Below, one piece after another: positions 24,257 through 38,050 of a stretch of 64,000 nt of DNA. The stretch comes from Octopus sinensis (taxonomy: Eukaryota): assembly GCF_006345805.1 (NCBI RefSeq), contig NC_042998.1:18166001-18230000 (forward strand), in the 5' to 3' direction. The translations under genes were made by a program, and so were the position numbers. Numbering within the stretch: the stretch's first letter is position 1; each line of letters opens with the position of its first letter. The notes under the pieces were generated by a model that searched no databases, had not been told where the DNA came from, and worked only from the letters and a program-made list of their open reading frames with translations.

Positions 24257-24429
24257 GTGTGTGTGTGTGGTTTAGAAAGTTGAAAGGGAACACACACATA
24301 TATACGGATGGATAGATACAAACATACATACATAAATGCATACATGCACACATATACATATCTAAGATATATATGAATAGGCAAACAGTCAGACACGCAG
24401 ACAGGTAAGTAGGTAGATAGAAAGACAGG

Positions 24430-24488
<59 letters not shown>

Positions 24489-24911
24489 AGAGAGAGAGAA
24501 ACAGACAGACAGAGTAATAGATACGCAAACCTATCGGCTTTATTCCATCGAGGCTCGATCAAGCATTGTCTATATAGAACTCGCTTTTCATCTCTACCTC
24601 ATTGTATATGGTTTTATGTTGATATATATTTACATATATTTGCATATACATTACATAGACAGCACTTTGCAAAGTTTCACCAAAATTGAAAATGACAATT
24701 TTCACTAAATGTGACTGCGGCATTAGAAACACCTACATTGCCAGATATAAGAGCTGAAATGGTCTAATGCTGTAATCAAAGCACAGAATAGTATTGAAAT
24801 ATAGAGACAGGGACTGCGATCGTCTGAAAACATCGCTCGGCAATTCTTTATACTGACCGGACTACTTCGGCAATTTCCATTGCTCTATCAGTAAGGACTG
24901 ACTTAACTTCG

Positions 24912-24954
<43 letters not shown>

Positions 24955-25119
24955 AAATGTAGGATAAAAGTTTTTTCGAAAAAAATTCTTTTCCCCCAAA
25001 AATTTTATCAATGGCCAGCATATTAAAAAATACCTTTAAAGGTTAAAATTATAAACAATTCATAAATAAGGGCAAACGAAAAATATTCTAATGCCATATA
25101 TGCCCTTATTTATGAATTG

Positions 25120-25166
<47 letters not shown>

Positions 25167-25360
25167 GTGGTTGTGTGTGTGTGTGTGTGTGTGTATGTGT
25201 CTGTGTGTGTGCATGTGTACATGATACATACATACATATGGTGTCACTGAGACCTAAAGGTGTCAGGTGATGCTGAATAAGTGCTATGACCATAGTTAAG
25301 TTCCAGGTTCGGTGATTATGCGAATAAGTGGTCCATCTTAGGTCATATATCAGCGTGTGT

Positions 25361-25449
25361 ATATAAAAAGAAACTTTTTTTCGTAATGAGATAAAAAACC
25401 AAGGCAGTGGGGGTTTTTTATCTCATTACGAACAAAAGTTTTTTTATAT
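25361..25449. repeat. Short inverted repeat / hairpin
   Basis: About 40-bp arms (aaacttttttcgtaatgagataaaaaacc / ggttttttatctcattacgaacaaaagttt) with an 11-nt spacer. Confidence 0.7.
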
Positions 25450-25479
25450 GTATTTATGTATGAATTGATGAGTCGATCG

Positions 25480-26250
25480 ATCGAAGTGTGGTAATCTTTG
25501 GCAAACAGTGATTACAAATTAATGGGTTCAGGAGAAAATTATTAAACTAGGACAACACTTTTGCACTATCTTCAAGGTTGGGCAGTTTTAATAAAAAGAC
25601 TTTGCCAATTCTGTCGAAAGGCTTAATGAGGTCGAGATATACAGCATCTACGTTTGAAAGTTCTCATATGTCTTTCAGTATGTTATCATAGTGACGCAGG
25701 ACCTGTCTTAGGCAGTCTTTGTCATAAAGGAAGCCACGTCGGCTGGGGTTAAGAAGCTAGTTAACCTTGGTCATACCACTCCTTTAAATATTTTTACGTG
25801 ATTTAAGTATGTTCGAGACATAGCCAGCAAAATGTTACATGATTCAATTTTTGAACAGTCGTATAATAGAATGCAATACGAAGTGTTTTGCTATTTTGCT
25901 TATATCGAGAGATAATCTTCAGAGATTTACCTTGAAATATTGAGTTTTCTTGCTGGCATTCCTGCAAAATTTCGACAAGGAATACCAAGATAATATTTAA
26001 TTCCATTAATTGCTGTGAAGATGTTTGGAATGTCAAACGTTGTGTCGGAGAAGGTATGTTAGCACTGACTTCGTTGATATTACGAATAACAACTTCTGTG
26101 AATCACAGAAGGTAAAAATAAGATTCTGTAAGCAGGACCACAGCCATTTCTTGACCGTTATTGCTGCTGTTTCTTTTCATATTTTTTTACATGTATCATT
26201 CTATGAGTGCACTAAGTGTGAAACTCTGGTCCTGTATTTGTTGGCGAGTG
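25480..26250 (-). pseudogene. Degenerate CR1/Jockey-group LINE RT fragment
   Basis: Minus-strand translation LNPSRRGFLYDKDCLRQVLRHYDNILKDI*ELSNVDAVYLDLIKPFDRI resembles the RT motif (QHGF..VDVIYLDFSKAFD). Confidence 0.7.
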
Positions 26251-26280
26251 ACGAAAATCTTCTGGTTTATGTTTAATATT

Positions 26281-26368
26281 CATACATACATACATGCATA
26301 CATACATACATACATACATACATACATACATACATACATACATACATACATACATACATACATACATG
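26281..26368. repeat. (CATA)n microsatellite
   Basis: Direct inspection. Confidence 0.95.
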
Positions 26369-28044
26369 CATATTAATGTGTATTTTATTTGTACATTGGT
26401 TTATATCGGATTAACATGATAAGAACGTTCAAAACAAGTACAGAATCTTATAATTTTTTTTCTTTTAATTGAAAATGAAACTGTTAAATATGTCCTATCC
26501 TATTTCTTAAATCGAAATTAAAACAATTTTCAACAAAACTGAAAAAAAAACCAAAACGAGATTAAATGGATCAATTAGTAAATAAAGGTGAGGCGTTAAA
26601 CGGTAAAACTTTACACCATATACTCGATGTAGTAGGCAGATTGCTACACCTGTTTGTGTGTACATGAATAGCAAGTACATGATTTTCGTAAGCGGTAGAT
26701 ATATTATTTTTGCACGTAAAATACACTTACAAGCTCTCACACAAAATACACACACAGATACATACATACACACACATACATATACGTACATATACACACA
26801 TATATACATATACATACATATATACATATACATACATATACACATATATATACTTATATATACATATATACATATACACACACACATATACATATATATT
26901 CATGCTCATAAATACCTACGTACTTATATATATTCAGAGAAAGAGAGAGACAGAGAGAGAAAGAGAGAGACAGAGAAAGAGAGAGAGAAACAGAGAGACG
27001 GAAACAGAGAGACTGAGTGGTACATGACAACACAGAATCTAGCTGAGGTGTACAAAATTATAGACTTCCATTCCCAATAATCAAATTTCAATACATAGTT
27101 ACCGTTTGAATAACATTGAATTATATACTTATTTTGGCCTCTTTATAATATTGGAATAGAATAACGGAGTTCGACAGACAGTGAATGCTTTGATGTCAAC
27201 CATTATGTTTTCTATATATCAGAAACAAGTCTGATGTTTTTCTGAAAGAAAACTATGTTATTCATATAAAGTTAGCTTTTTCTCTAAAATACAGAAATAT
27301 TGAAGGCATCATATTGACATTTGACCTCCAGTAACAATAAAAAAAAAACCGTCACAGAGTAATGTGATAATAGGTTGAATGTGAAACGAAGAAATGTCGT
27401 CAGTGAACCTTGATTTGCCGAAAGCCTCGTAAATGATGTTAAGCAATTGTTGAGATGGTGATGAATTGTATTCTAAAGATATACGTTCGTGACGAAATGT
27501 CATTAACTAAACGTTATTAAGAGAACTAAAAGAAAAAAATGATATACAGTAGAAAATTAGATCTATCTATTAGTACAACAAATACTATAGAAACTGAATA
27601 TCTTCCAAAATTCTAACGAATTTGATTATATGTGGAGAAAAACCAAAACTGACGTTTGTTAATAAGATATATGGTACCGTGTATACAGTTAAAACTCTGG
27701 CATCTTCTATCATATCTAAAGTAACAATACATTCGTGCGCTTATCTTGACATTCCAACAAAGGGGTTTGAGTGAGATTTAACGTCAATGATTATTTCAAA
27801 CCGGTATTTTTTTAACTTTTGCAATTTGTTGTCGTTTATTTAGGAAAGGGGTACTTTCAAGAGGGGTGGCTGGTGGGAAGTTATGTTTAAATCACTGGTG
27901 TATCAGCAGAGAACTCGTTAAGGTCACTCAAGGACAAGGTTACAAAGGTAAACTGCATTTCCGAACTCAAGTGGTCACGGCGGAATTTGAACTCAGAACG
28001 CAAAGTTCTAGAAGAAATAAAACAAACTAGAACGATTGCACTAT

Positions 28045-28366
28045 CTTATTTCTTTACTGCCCATAAGGGGCTACACACAGAAGGGACAGGATGAATGGCA
28101 AAGTCGACCTCAGCGGAATTTGAACATAGAACGTAGCGGCAGACGAAATACCTATTTCTTTACTACCCACAAGGGGCTAAACCAATGACAGACACACGGA
28201 TTAAGTCGATAATATCGACCCCAGTACGTAACTGGTACTTATTTAATCGAACCCGAAAGGATGAAAGGCAAAGTCGACATCGGCGGAATTTGAACATAGA
28301 ACGTAGCAGCAGACGAAATACTGCTAAGTATTTCACCCGGCGTGCTAACATATCTGCCAACTCGCC
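28045..28366 (-). mobile_element. SINE family C with internal partial duplication
   Basis: The ggatgaa.ggcaaagtcgac.tc.gcggaatttgaacatagaacgtagc.gcagacgaaatac motif occurs twice. Confidence 0.82.
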
Positions 28367-28932
28367 ACCTTCCGGAGCGATCCCAGCATCCGCTGCCTAA
28401 AATGAAAGCCAGAAGTATCGGCAGAAGTACTTTAATGCAATCCTTGATAAAGCAATCCTTAAGAGTTCAGTGTTTGAACATCTATGTATTAGATAATAGC
28501 CATGAGCGCAGCCAGAAGGTATCTGGGCTGTAATAGCCAAATTAAGTAGGTCTATATGTTGACTTTTAAATCGACTACAATTTGTGTTTGCTGCATTTCA
28601 TAGACTCCTGAGGGGGCAAATGATAAATTTATTTTGCACATAATAGAAAATAGATTGGTTTGGGGTTGTATAATTTCAGCATAAATTCCAGGTTCCTGTT
28701 TTCCTCCTTATCTGCATTCAGTTTTTAATAAATTTAAAATTCGGAGTTTCTTCCCTTAATTTCATTACAAGAATGACCATTCAGTCTGTCATTTTCTTCT
28801 CAATACAGGTGTATTTTCAATTAATTATGCGTTAATGAGGCTCGCTACATTATATGATACCGTACTGTTACTTATGATTCTCAGGCAACGACATCTCTCG
28901 GGAAGTGCAAAATGATAGGTGAACAATATTCA

Positions 28933-29001
<69 letters not shown>

Positions 29002-30298
29002 CTAAAAGCCGTCTTTACATCTGATTAGGACTACATTTTGTCATAGAACGGAAAACCGAAATGTTTACATTGGTTTATCTAACTTAAGAGAATGATTTCC
29101 AAAATATAAGTTTATTCAGATTAAAAAGAAGCATGAAAAGCAGAATGAGCCTGACGTACTCCGAAAATATAATGTCAGCTCTCAAAAGTCTATAAAACAC
29201 CGGATAATACTGTAGTTGAGTACCTTTGACCATCGAAACTGATCGTCACTGCCCACATCTCAATCTGCATGGCTCAGGTGGCACAGCATTTTACTTTTAT
29301 AGATCATTTTATTGTGTTGGAATATTGTGGGTTCGGGTACTCCTGTGGGAGCAACTAGCTAAAATGAAGACCCACCTCACACAGTGAGGTAATTCAAGAT
29401 ATAAAATACTCGACGGAGGGCCTTGTTTTATCGAATTCTTTTTAATATACCTGATCAAAGGTTCTGCAACAACAGTACATCAATATTCATTTGTGATCGA
29501 GGTAGAATTTGATAATATGAATAATTTGCATGTAGTCTTTAGTTTTAATTGGTTAATAAATTATAATATTTAAATTATCATCCATTATATATGTAGCAGT
29601 ATTAAAAAGCACTGTGGGTCTCTAACAATCACTTGGAAAACTAAAGCTGGAAGTTATTTTATATTTTGATTTGAACTCATACGTAATCGCTTTCAAATTA
29701 AAACCCATATGAAGCCATAGATATTAAAATATCTTGTTCCATATCTTTCCTTAGAATATGGCCCAACTGTTCATAATAAAGAAAATCCCATTAATCCACA
29801 AAGTTAATTAATGCAAACAAACTGTTAAGTGCCTGACACATTTTTTCTTTGATATATTATAGGCTTTAAGGATTTCTTTTTAACACAAATGGAAACTAAT
29901 ACCATCATTACAGTTTTAAGATACTGTTATATATGACGGTGAACCAGTGAACAAGCAAACCAATGTGTCAAAATAGATACTTGAACGGCAATAAAATCTC
30001 GCTCAAATTATGCTCTCGAACTCCAGCAAAAGGAAAACACATGAAATACAGTAATGAAAAAATGCATTAACAGTGTAGGTTTGAAGTCCTACGGTTTTTA
30101 ATAGCTTCCTTAAAATCTCAGCTTTCTATGAGGCACACATATGCATGTTTGTTTTCTTCTAATCGCAGATACCGAATATGGAAACTTATATGTGGAAATG
30201 AAATGAAATTAATAACCCAATAACGTTGCATCAGCATAGCCGAATCCTCTGGTTAAGAGCAGTAAAACACAAAGTTCAGGTACACTACATTTTACAAA

Positions 30299-30658
30299 TC
30301 TCTCTGTATAAAGATGAAGTTGTCCGTGTATGGCAGGTTTGGTAGCCTTCAACTAACACTATCTCCTCAGAGAGCATGCGGCGCAAGTTGGCCGAAGTTG
30401 AGAGTAGAAGATAAAATTAAAATCGGACCATGTTAAGACCAAAAATTATTTACATAAAAAAGGTGCTTTTTTTCTATGAAAATCCCTATTTTTTAAGGAT
30501 TTTTTTACTGCAATGTCGTCATTTTTCTGTGTATTTCAACCAGAAAAATATTCACTTAAAGAGAATAACAAGCTACATACTGCAAAAGTTTTACTTTTCA
30601 AAAATTCCAATTCTAAAGGGTCGAAACAAACCCGAGTAACTCCGGGCGATACTGCTAG
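30299..30658 (+). mobile_element. Non-autonomous Helitron
   Basis: A|TC start, subterminal hairpin CCCG-AGTAACTC-CGGG, CTAG|T end. Confidence 0.78.
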
Positions 30659-31310
30659 TTACTAGATGAAATGTAAATTTGTGGAGGTCTGGAACGTCGT
30701 GTATATGTAAATAAATGTATGTTGAAAAGGAATTAAAATTTCTTTCAGTTAGAATCATTGCTCGATATCCTTGGTCAGATATAGGCAGCATTTACAAAAT
30801 TGATTTAAACCTAGAGAGAGGTTAATGAATGATAAATCCCTAATATTAACAATTAAATCTTTGAGAGTTTACCGGTTTAACAAAACTGCTACTAATGGAA
30901 GCAGGTTCTTGTATTGCAGACTTTGAAAAGGAGCTGTCTTTTCGATTACAACGCACACGACAAATGAACGCCATAAGTATTTATTTCTAGCACGCACATA
31001 TTTTTGGCATATCGTGACAGAAAGTATCAATCAACCGAATAATATCTAAAACTAGCCTCCTTATTGACGTCATTAATGCCGTGTGTTAGAAATATGTATA
31101 AAAGTAGTTAGCAGCAAGTAGAATTAATTAGAAATACATAGGATTAACATCATATCCTATGTGTACCACTTACTTAATCCCTATTAAAAGCACTCACTAC
31201 TAATAAAAATACTTGTCTTGTATAAGAGAAATGAATATAATAATATTTATAGCTTTCTCATTAGTGTCAGTAACGTGTTATGTATTCAAATGCGAATAAT
31301 AATAATAATA

Positions 31311-31373
<63 letters not shown>

Positions 31374-31374
<1 letters not shown>

Positions 31375-31738
31375 GGGACTGATTGCTACCTAACTCAGAT
31401 ACCAGGAAACCCCAAAATGGCAGAAATTCAAAAGATAGTGCGCATGGGAACTGCTCATATCCTACGCAAAATACTCTCTATGTAATCCCAAGGTTTAAAA
31501 CAAACTTTTTTTATTTAATTTTTTAAAATTTTTTATTTATTTATTTTTTTAATTTTATTTTTATGTATTAGACATTCACTAGTACAACATCAAAAAAAAA
31601 CCCCCCAAATATATGGCACAGAACTTCCAACCTGTTGTCTCTTGAGGTCTCTGGGTGAGACTTGGAGCCAACTTGTACAGACATAAAGCAAAAGTCAAAC
31701 ATAGAATAATAATAATAATAAAATAATAATAATAATAA

Positions 31739-31770
<32 letters not shown>

Positions 31771-32100
31771 GGGACTGATTGCTACCTAACTCAGATACCA
31801 GGAAACCCCAAAATGGCAGAAATTCAAAAGATAGTGCGCATGGGAACTGCTCATATCCTACGCAAAATACTCTCTATGTAATCCCAAGGTTTAAAACAAA
31901 CTTTTTTTATTTAATTTTTTAAAATTTTTTATTTATTTATTTTTTTTAATTTTATTTTTATGTATTAGACATTCACTAGTACAACATCAAAAAAAAACCC
32001 CCCAAATATATGGCACAGAACTTCCAACCTGTTGTCTCTTGAGGTCTCTGGGTGAGACTTGGAGCCAACTTGTACAGACATAAAGCAAAAGTCAAACATA

Positions 32101-32101
<1 letters not shown>
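31374..32101 (+). mobile_element. Two tandem about 330-bp 3' ends of an R4/Dong-type LINE, each with an (AAT)n tail
   Basis: 31374-31704 and 31770-32101 are near-identical (offset about 396); each encodes GNPKMAEIQKIVRMGTAHILRKILSM*, homologous to the C-terminus at 34590-34674. Confidence 0.88.
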
Positions 32102-32174
<73 letters not shown>

Positions 32175-32176
<2 letters not shown>

Positions 32177-34674
32177 CCAAAAAATGCCAAAAAATTCTAC
32201 AGAGAAATAGGGAAGGAGAAAGTAACCGTTAAAGACCCCCCCTCCCATGGAAGAAGTTCAAAACTTTTGGAAAAGGATTTGGAGTGACAAGAAGACGTAC
32301 AACATAAATGCAGACTGGATTATACAAACTGAAGGAACCTACCAAAATTTACAACAACAAGCATGGGAAGACATCACAATAGCAGACCTAAGAAAGGCAC
32401 TCACGAAGGCCCATAATTGGAAATCCCCCGGTAAAGATAGGGTGCCGAATTTCTGGCTCGCATCGCTCCCGTGCGCACACGGTAAGCTAGTTCAGCTGCT
32501 CAATGGAATTATGAGAGACCCAAAGAAAACACCTGAATGGTTAGCAAGTGGCATTACTTACCTACTCCCAAAGAATAACGAAACCAACCTTCCAAAAAAC
32601 TATCGGCCTATAACCTGTCTATCCACCACGTATAAAATCCTAACATCTATCCTGGCGGAGAAAACATATGCATTCATGGAGAAGAACGATATTTTCCCCA
32701 TTGAACAAAAAGGGTACCGCCGAGGCTCTTACGGATGCAAAGATCAACTGCTAATCAATCGTATGATCCTTGAGAACTGTCACAACAAGCGCAGAAATCT
32801 CAGCACCGCATGGATTGACTATAAAAAGGCCTTCGACAGTATACTGCATCCATGGATCTTGAGATCGCTGGACATCTTCAAAATTTCCCCTGTGATTTCA
32901 AACTTCCTGAAGCACAATATGTCGTTGTGGAATACGAATCTCCAATTATACCACTCTAATGGAGTACTTGCCTCAGAAAATATAAACATCAACTGTGGAA
33001 TTTTTCAAGGTGACTCACTTTCACCTTTAATATTCTGCATAGCCCTAATACCCCTTACAAGTGAATTAAACAGAACAGGGTATGGGTATAAAATTGCCAA
33101 TAAAAAAATAAGCCATCTATTTTAAATGGATGACTTAAAACTTTATGGTAAAGACAATAATGAACTTGAAGGCCTATTGCGCACCGTGAAATCATTCAGC
33201 GATGACATCGGGATGGAGTTTGGACTTGAGAAGTGTGCCAAGGCCACTTTCCAGAAAGGGAAAGTGAAGACCACAAATTCAGTCGTGTTAGATGTTGACA
33301 CAGTCATAAGAGAGCTTGAGCAAGAACAAACATACAAATATTTAGGGATAAATGAAGGCTCTGGTATTCAGCATGCAAGCATGAAAGAGAAAATCAGGAA
33401 GGAATGTTATAGGAGAGTTCGTGCAGTCCTGAAATCTGAACTAAATGCACGTAACAAGGTGTTAGCTATAAATTCCCTAGCAGTTCCAGTTGTTACTTAT
33501 AGCTACAATGTGTTGAACTGGAATATGAGTGAAGTAAAGAATATAGATAGAAAAATACGCAAGCTGCTGAGTTGTAATAGGATGCACCACCCAAAGGCAG
33601 ACGTAGATCGCCTTTACCTTCCCAGAGCCCAAGGAGGTCGAGGCCTGATCCAATTTGAACTAGCTTACAAAACAACCACAATTGGACTGGCCAAATATCT
33701 CGAAATATCGAATGACTGGATGCTAAAGTTCGTGGAAAATCACGAGAGACGTAAGAAACTTCATTCTATCATCAAGGAAAGCAAAAAATTTGCTATTGAT
33801 CTCGTGCAGGATACCCAAACTGAACAACCCGAGGGAAGTACGGCAACTATTGTTGCAAAGAAGGTGAAAATGATGGCAATGAAAAAAGCGCACGAGCAAT
33901 TTGCTGATAGGTGGAGGAGAAACCTCTGCACGGCAAATATGTGACCCGCAGCAAACAAGCTGATGTTGACCAGAAGCAAACCCATCAGTGGCTGCGGAGC
34001 TCAGGGCTAAAAGCAGAGAGCGAAGGTTTCATCCTGGCTGCTCAAGACCAAAGCCTATCAACCCGGAACTACCAGGCCAATGTGATGAAAAATGGAGCAG
34101 ACCCAAAATGCCGATTCTGCAACGACATGATTGAAACAGTGGACCACCTAATCTCTGGATGTAAAGTCTTAGCACCAGTGGAGTATAAATTAAGACATGA
34201 CAGAGTTGGCCAATATCTCCACTGGCTAATAAGTCGGCATTACAACATCAAAACTGTGACAAGTGGTATAATCACCACCCTGAGGCTGTAACTGAAGGAG
34301 AAAATGTAACCATTCTGTGGGACTTTCCAGTACATACAGACCGAACCATCAAGGCCAATAAACCAGATATTGTTGTGAAAGACCAAAACAATAAAGTTTG
34401 CTTATTGATCGACATGAGCATCCCCTGTGATCATAATATCTCAGCGAAAGAGTTTGACAAGATCAGAAAATATAAAGACTTACTCATTGAAATTGAGAAA
34501 ATGTGGCATCTCAAGGCGGTTACAATACCAGTGATCGTAGGAGCACTAGGAATGATCAAGAAGGGAACCGAAAATTATATGAGAATGATCCCTGGCTTAC
34601 CATCCCTGCAAGAAGTGCAAAAGATTGTCTTAACTGGTACATCACACGTATTGAGAAGAGCATTGTCGGTGTGA
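32175..34674 (+). pseudogene. LINE ORF: RT + zinc knuckle + restriction-like endonuclease, 1 stop and 2 frameshifts
   Basis: NWKSPGKDRV, NYRPITCL, EQKGYRRG, WIDYKKAFDSI, GIFQGDSLSPL, HLF*MDD (Tyr codon of YMDD reads TAA at 33123), YKYLGI, CRFC..ETVDHLISGC, KPDIV..LLIDMSIP..KIRKYKDL; frameshifts near 33915 and 34257. Confidence 0.92.
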
Positions 34675-34866
34675 GAACTGTTGCTGCTCATGTATTTTAA
34701 TTTAACTTTAAAAAAAAAAAAAAAAATGAACGAACTACTGAGTTTGGTTTAATGGCCTACCAATATACACTATGAGTTTCTTTGCCCTAGGAGTCGGGAA
34801 GACACTCGGCAAGAAATGGAAGAAAATTTGAAAGAAGAAAAAAAAAGTAATAATAATAATAATAAT
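32175..34866 (+). mobile_element. 5'-truncated R4/Dong-type (RLE) non-LTR retrotransposon in (TAA)n
   Basis: RT, CCHC zinc knuckle and PD-(D/E)xK RLE; 3' UTR 34675-34847; (TAA)n tail; (AAT)n at the 5' junction. Confidence 0.92.
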
Positions 34867-35149
34867 TTTGGAACAAGGCCAGCAATTTCGCTGTTTAAAT
34901 GCTCTCTTTAAAAACGAAGTTTGTTTGACGATGTTTGACGCCAATAGGTAGTTTTCAGAATCTCAATCTGGGTTCAATAAAACCCCTACATCCAAAGGAA
35001 AGTGCACTTCACTCCAAATACCATCTGTATAGTCTTCTAGTGGAGTGCCATAACACTTATCTGTCCTAAACTATGCTGCATCGCCATTGTCTCAAGTAGA
35101 ACAGTTAATTCAATAAGCTGCGTTATTTTGCATTCCTCACACCATATTG

Positions 35150-35541
35150 TCATATATAAAAGTAAGGTTGTGTGTCTGTCTCCTACGAATTAGATTCCTA
35201 ACTACTCCCACATTTTGCGGTGCAGTTTAACCAATACCGGGTATCTTATAGTCGTGATTCATACCGAGCCCTTCTGGGTACTAGCGCACGTCTACGATGA
35301 GTTTACGATTTTAAAAATAATTTACCATAATTTTTTCCATTTTAATGCATTTTCTTAGCTATTATATAAGGGAAGTAACTCTCTAAAAATGTCTACCATG
35401 AGTCAACGATTAAAAAGAAATTACCATCATTTTTTGTTCATTTTTAATGCAATCTTTTGCTATTTTTTGGCTATAACTCTCTAAAAATGCTTTATGGTTA
35501 ATTCCCTTACAAACCCGAGCAACGCCGGGAGATATTGCTAG
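35150..35541 (+). mobile_element. Non-autonomous Helitron
   Basis: Homologous to 35793-36292 and 52734-53129; hairpin CCCG-AGCAACGC-CGGG and CTAG|T 3' end. Confidence 0.83.
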
Positions 35542-35792
35542 TTGTCATATACACCTTCTTCCTTCTTGGTATTGGAAAATGGCGTTCACACCCTACAAAC
35601 ATCAACCTCCCAAACTCCATCCCAGTTTTTCATTATTCTAAGCTTCCTCATCTTGACCACGAAAGAGCAATGTGAAAAATCGATTATTGCCATCACTCTG
35701 CCGTTTGTTGCCACCATTGATCATTTGCACCTGCTTTTGGCGGCAGTACAGAGAATGTTTAGGACCTCATTGCGTCCAACGCCTTTGCCTAA

Positions 35793-36292
35793 TCTATATA
35801 TATAAAACTGTAGTTGTGTGAGTGTCTGTCCCCTTCGATTTAGATTCCTAACTACTCCCACATTTTGCGGTGCAGTTTAACCAAATTCGGGTATCTTATA
35901 GTCGTGATTCATATCGAGCCCGTCTGAGTATTAGCGCGTCTACGATTTTAAAAATAATTTAACATCATTTTTTATTCCATTTTAATGCATAATTTTTCGT
36001 GTGTCGATGGCGGCGGAGTTGGCGTCCATGGTAACACCTGCACCAGTTTGCTTCTCCCCCTTCTTCCCTCCCTCGTGAAGCTGTGGGGAAGGGAGTGTAA
36101 GGAAATCAACGTCGTAAAGCGTTGTCAAGGAGACCAGCGTTCTTTTAGAACAACGACTTCATGGCTTGAAGTCGCCAAAACAGAAATGGCTAAGAAAGCC
36201 CGAATTGGCATCTATAAGGGAAGTAACTCTCTAAAAATGCTTATATAGTTATTTCCCTTACAAACCCGAGCAACGCCGGGCGATACTGCTAG
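35793..36292 (+). mobile_element. Non-autonomous Helitron
   Basis: A|TCTATATATATAAAA 5' end, CCCG-AGCAACGC-CGGG hairpin, CTAG|T 3' end, no TSD. Confidence 0.88.
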
Positions 36293-36549
36293 TTAGATAT
36301 AAATTAAGCGTGACAACTTTTCCGTAACTATATTTGTCGTCGTTCCCTATTTTTCACATTATAGGCGACTTGAAGAATGAAGCTCATCCGTGATGTTCCC
36401 CATCTCCAGATCTTATTCTAACCCACCTTCCTTTCAATAAACGCCTCTACCCAGTGGTTCACCTAAACTTTATGAAGGTACTGAATCGAAATGCACTTCC
36501 CTGTTTATTGCGTTTCTAGTTTTAATACAGCTAGTAACAGCAGCTCTGT

Positions 36550-38050
36550 TCTCCTTCTGTGCCATCGTCGAAAATGGTTTAAATGAATTATGTCTTTAAA
36601 TGGATTATTTAAATCGATTATATCTCTACCTTCCCAGTCAGTTTTAATTGTTCGCCCACTCTATCACGATGGTCAAGTGATGCTGTTATGCAACCAGTTT
36701 CCTTCTCTGCCCACCATTTTCTAGCAGGTTTGATATCTGTCAGGTTGCCCCGTATTTCCACGACTTTCAACACACTCAGCATCATGAATCTTTCCACCTT
36801 TTCAGTTTGTAAATCTCAAAGATTGATGTTATATATAGTTAAAGAAGTATTCTCTTTCAGTATAGCACTGAAGAGTTTATTATTAAAGAAGACTAAAGCA
36901 TTTCCTGATGTAGATACTGCATTTTTGCGCCACAATCTCTACTCTCGATAGTGCTACTCCGTATACGATAGGGCCATGAAAAACTGGGATATAGACCAAA
37001 CTATAAACACCAGATATTCTAATTGCCCAGTAGCTTCGACTTATCTATTTATTTTAAACCATCTTCGACAATGCGTTAGTGTACTATCGTCGTAGACATT
37101 TTCACAAATTTGCCTTTAACCATTGGCATGGTTTCATCGGCTATTTTGAAATACATTTCTTTCTGCCGATCTTTGACAAATGCGTGACTTATCAGCTTTA
37201 AATTGCTGAGGGGTCTACACATACATGTAGCATCTACATAAGTACAACCTGCAGCAATTTCACTTTCAAAAACATTTCATCACCTCCTGGTGCACATTCA
37301 CGCTTGCCTTCTTCACGAAGCTGTCTTTTGTCGAAATCCCCAAACTGAAATTTGGTTCCTTATTTCATTGGTCGTTTCAAACCGTTCAGGATTAGGAACG
37401 GTTGGTCTCGCACTGAGTCACTATAGGCATTTTATACATTACTATGCAGTTCATCTTTAGTGCAATTTAGCCTATAACCTACAGCGCTTAGTCTCTGCCA
37501 TCATCTTCCTAGTAACCTCCCTTCTTTCAATACAGTTTTTAGATCTTCACACAGGACTAACAACATTTTTTTTTCTTCTGGGCCCTGACCTGTTTTCCAT
37601 AAGTTCTTTTCATCATTCTTTCTCGCCGGGTTTTGCCGGACTTAGCAGTTAGTTTCTTCTTGCCATCAACCTTTACTCCAAATGACTCAACATTTATCTC
37701 ATAGATTCTGCTGGTGAGCTTATTCAGCTTGTCTTGCGTTAATGCCTTCATTGTATGGAACATCTCGTATACTTTCTCATGGAAAGATTTGTAACTGGCT
37801 TTCTCATTTGCAGCTGGCGAAGAGTCATCTTGACCTAGACATTTTGAAGGATTTTCAGTTGATGCATTTGTCAATCCACTGTGGTTTGACTTCTGAAATA
37901 ATTTGCTGCGCATTTGAAATTCAAATGATCAGAACTACTTCGATTTCTTTATACACTCCTTACCTTAATGGATCTTCAATCTATCTCACGTTCAACTTCA
38001 CCAACGGATTAGGCGCAAATTGTTTGATAGTAACACTAGATTAATATTAC
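36550..38050 (-). pseudogene. Highly degenerate R2-group (Hero/NeSL-like) non-LTR retrotransposon relic
   Basis: SPAANEKASYKSF..KLNKLTSRIYEINVESFG..GKTRRERMM..QVRAQKKK resembles the pre-RT region of these elements; weaker downstream matches (KLFSAIL, GGKIHDAECVE). Similarity is from recall; no search was run. Confidence 0.5.
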
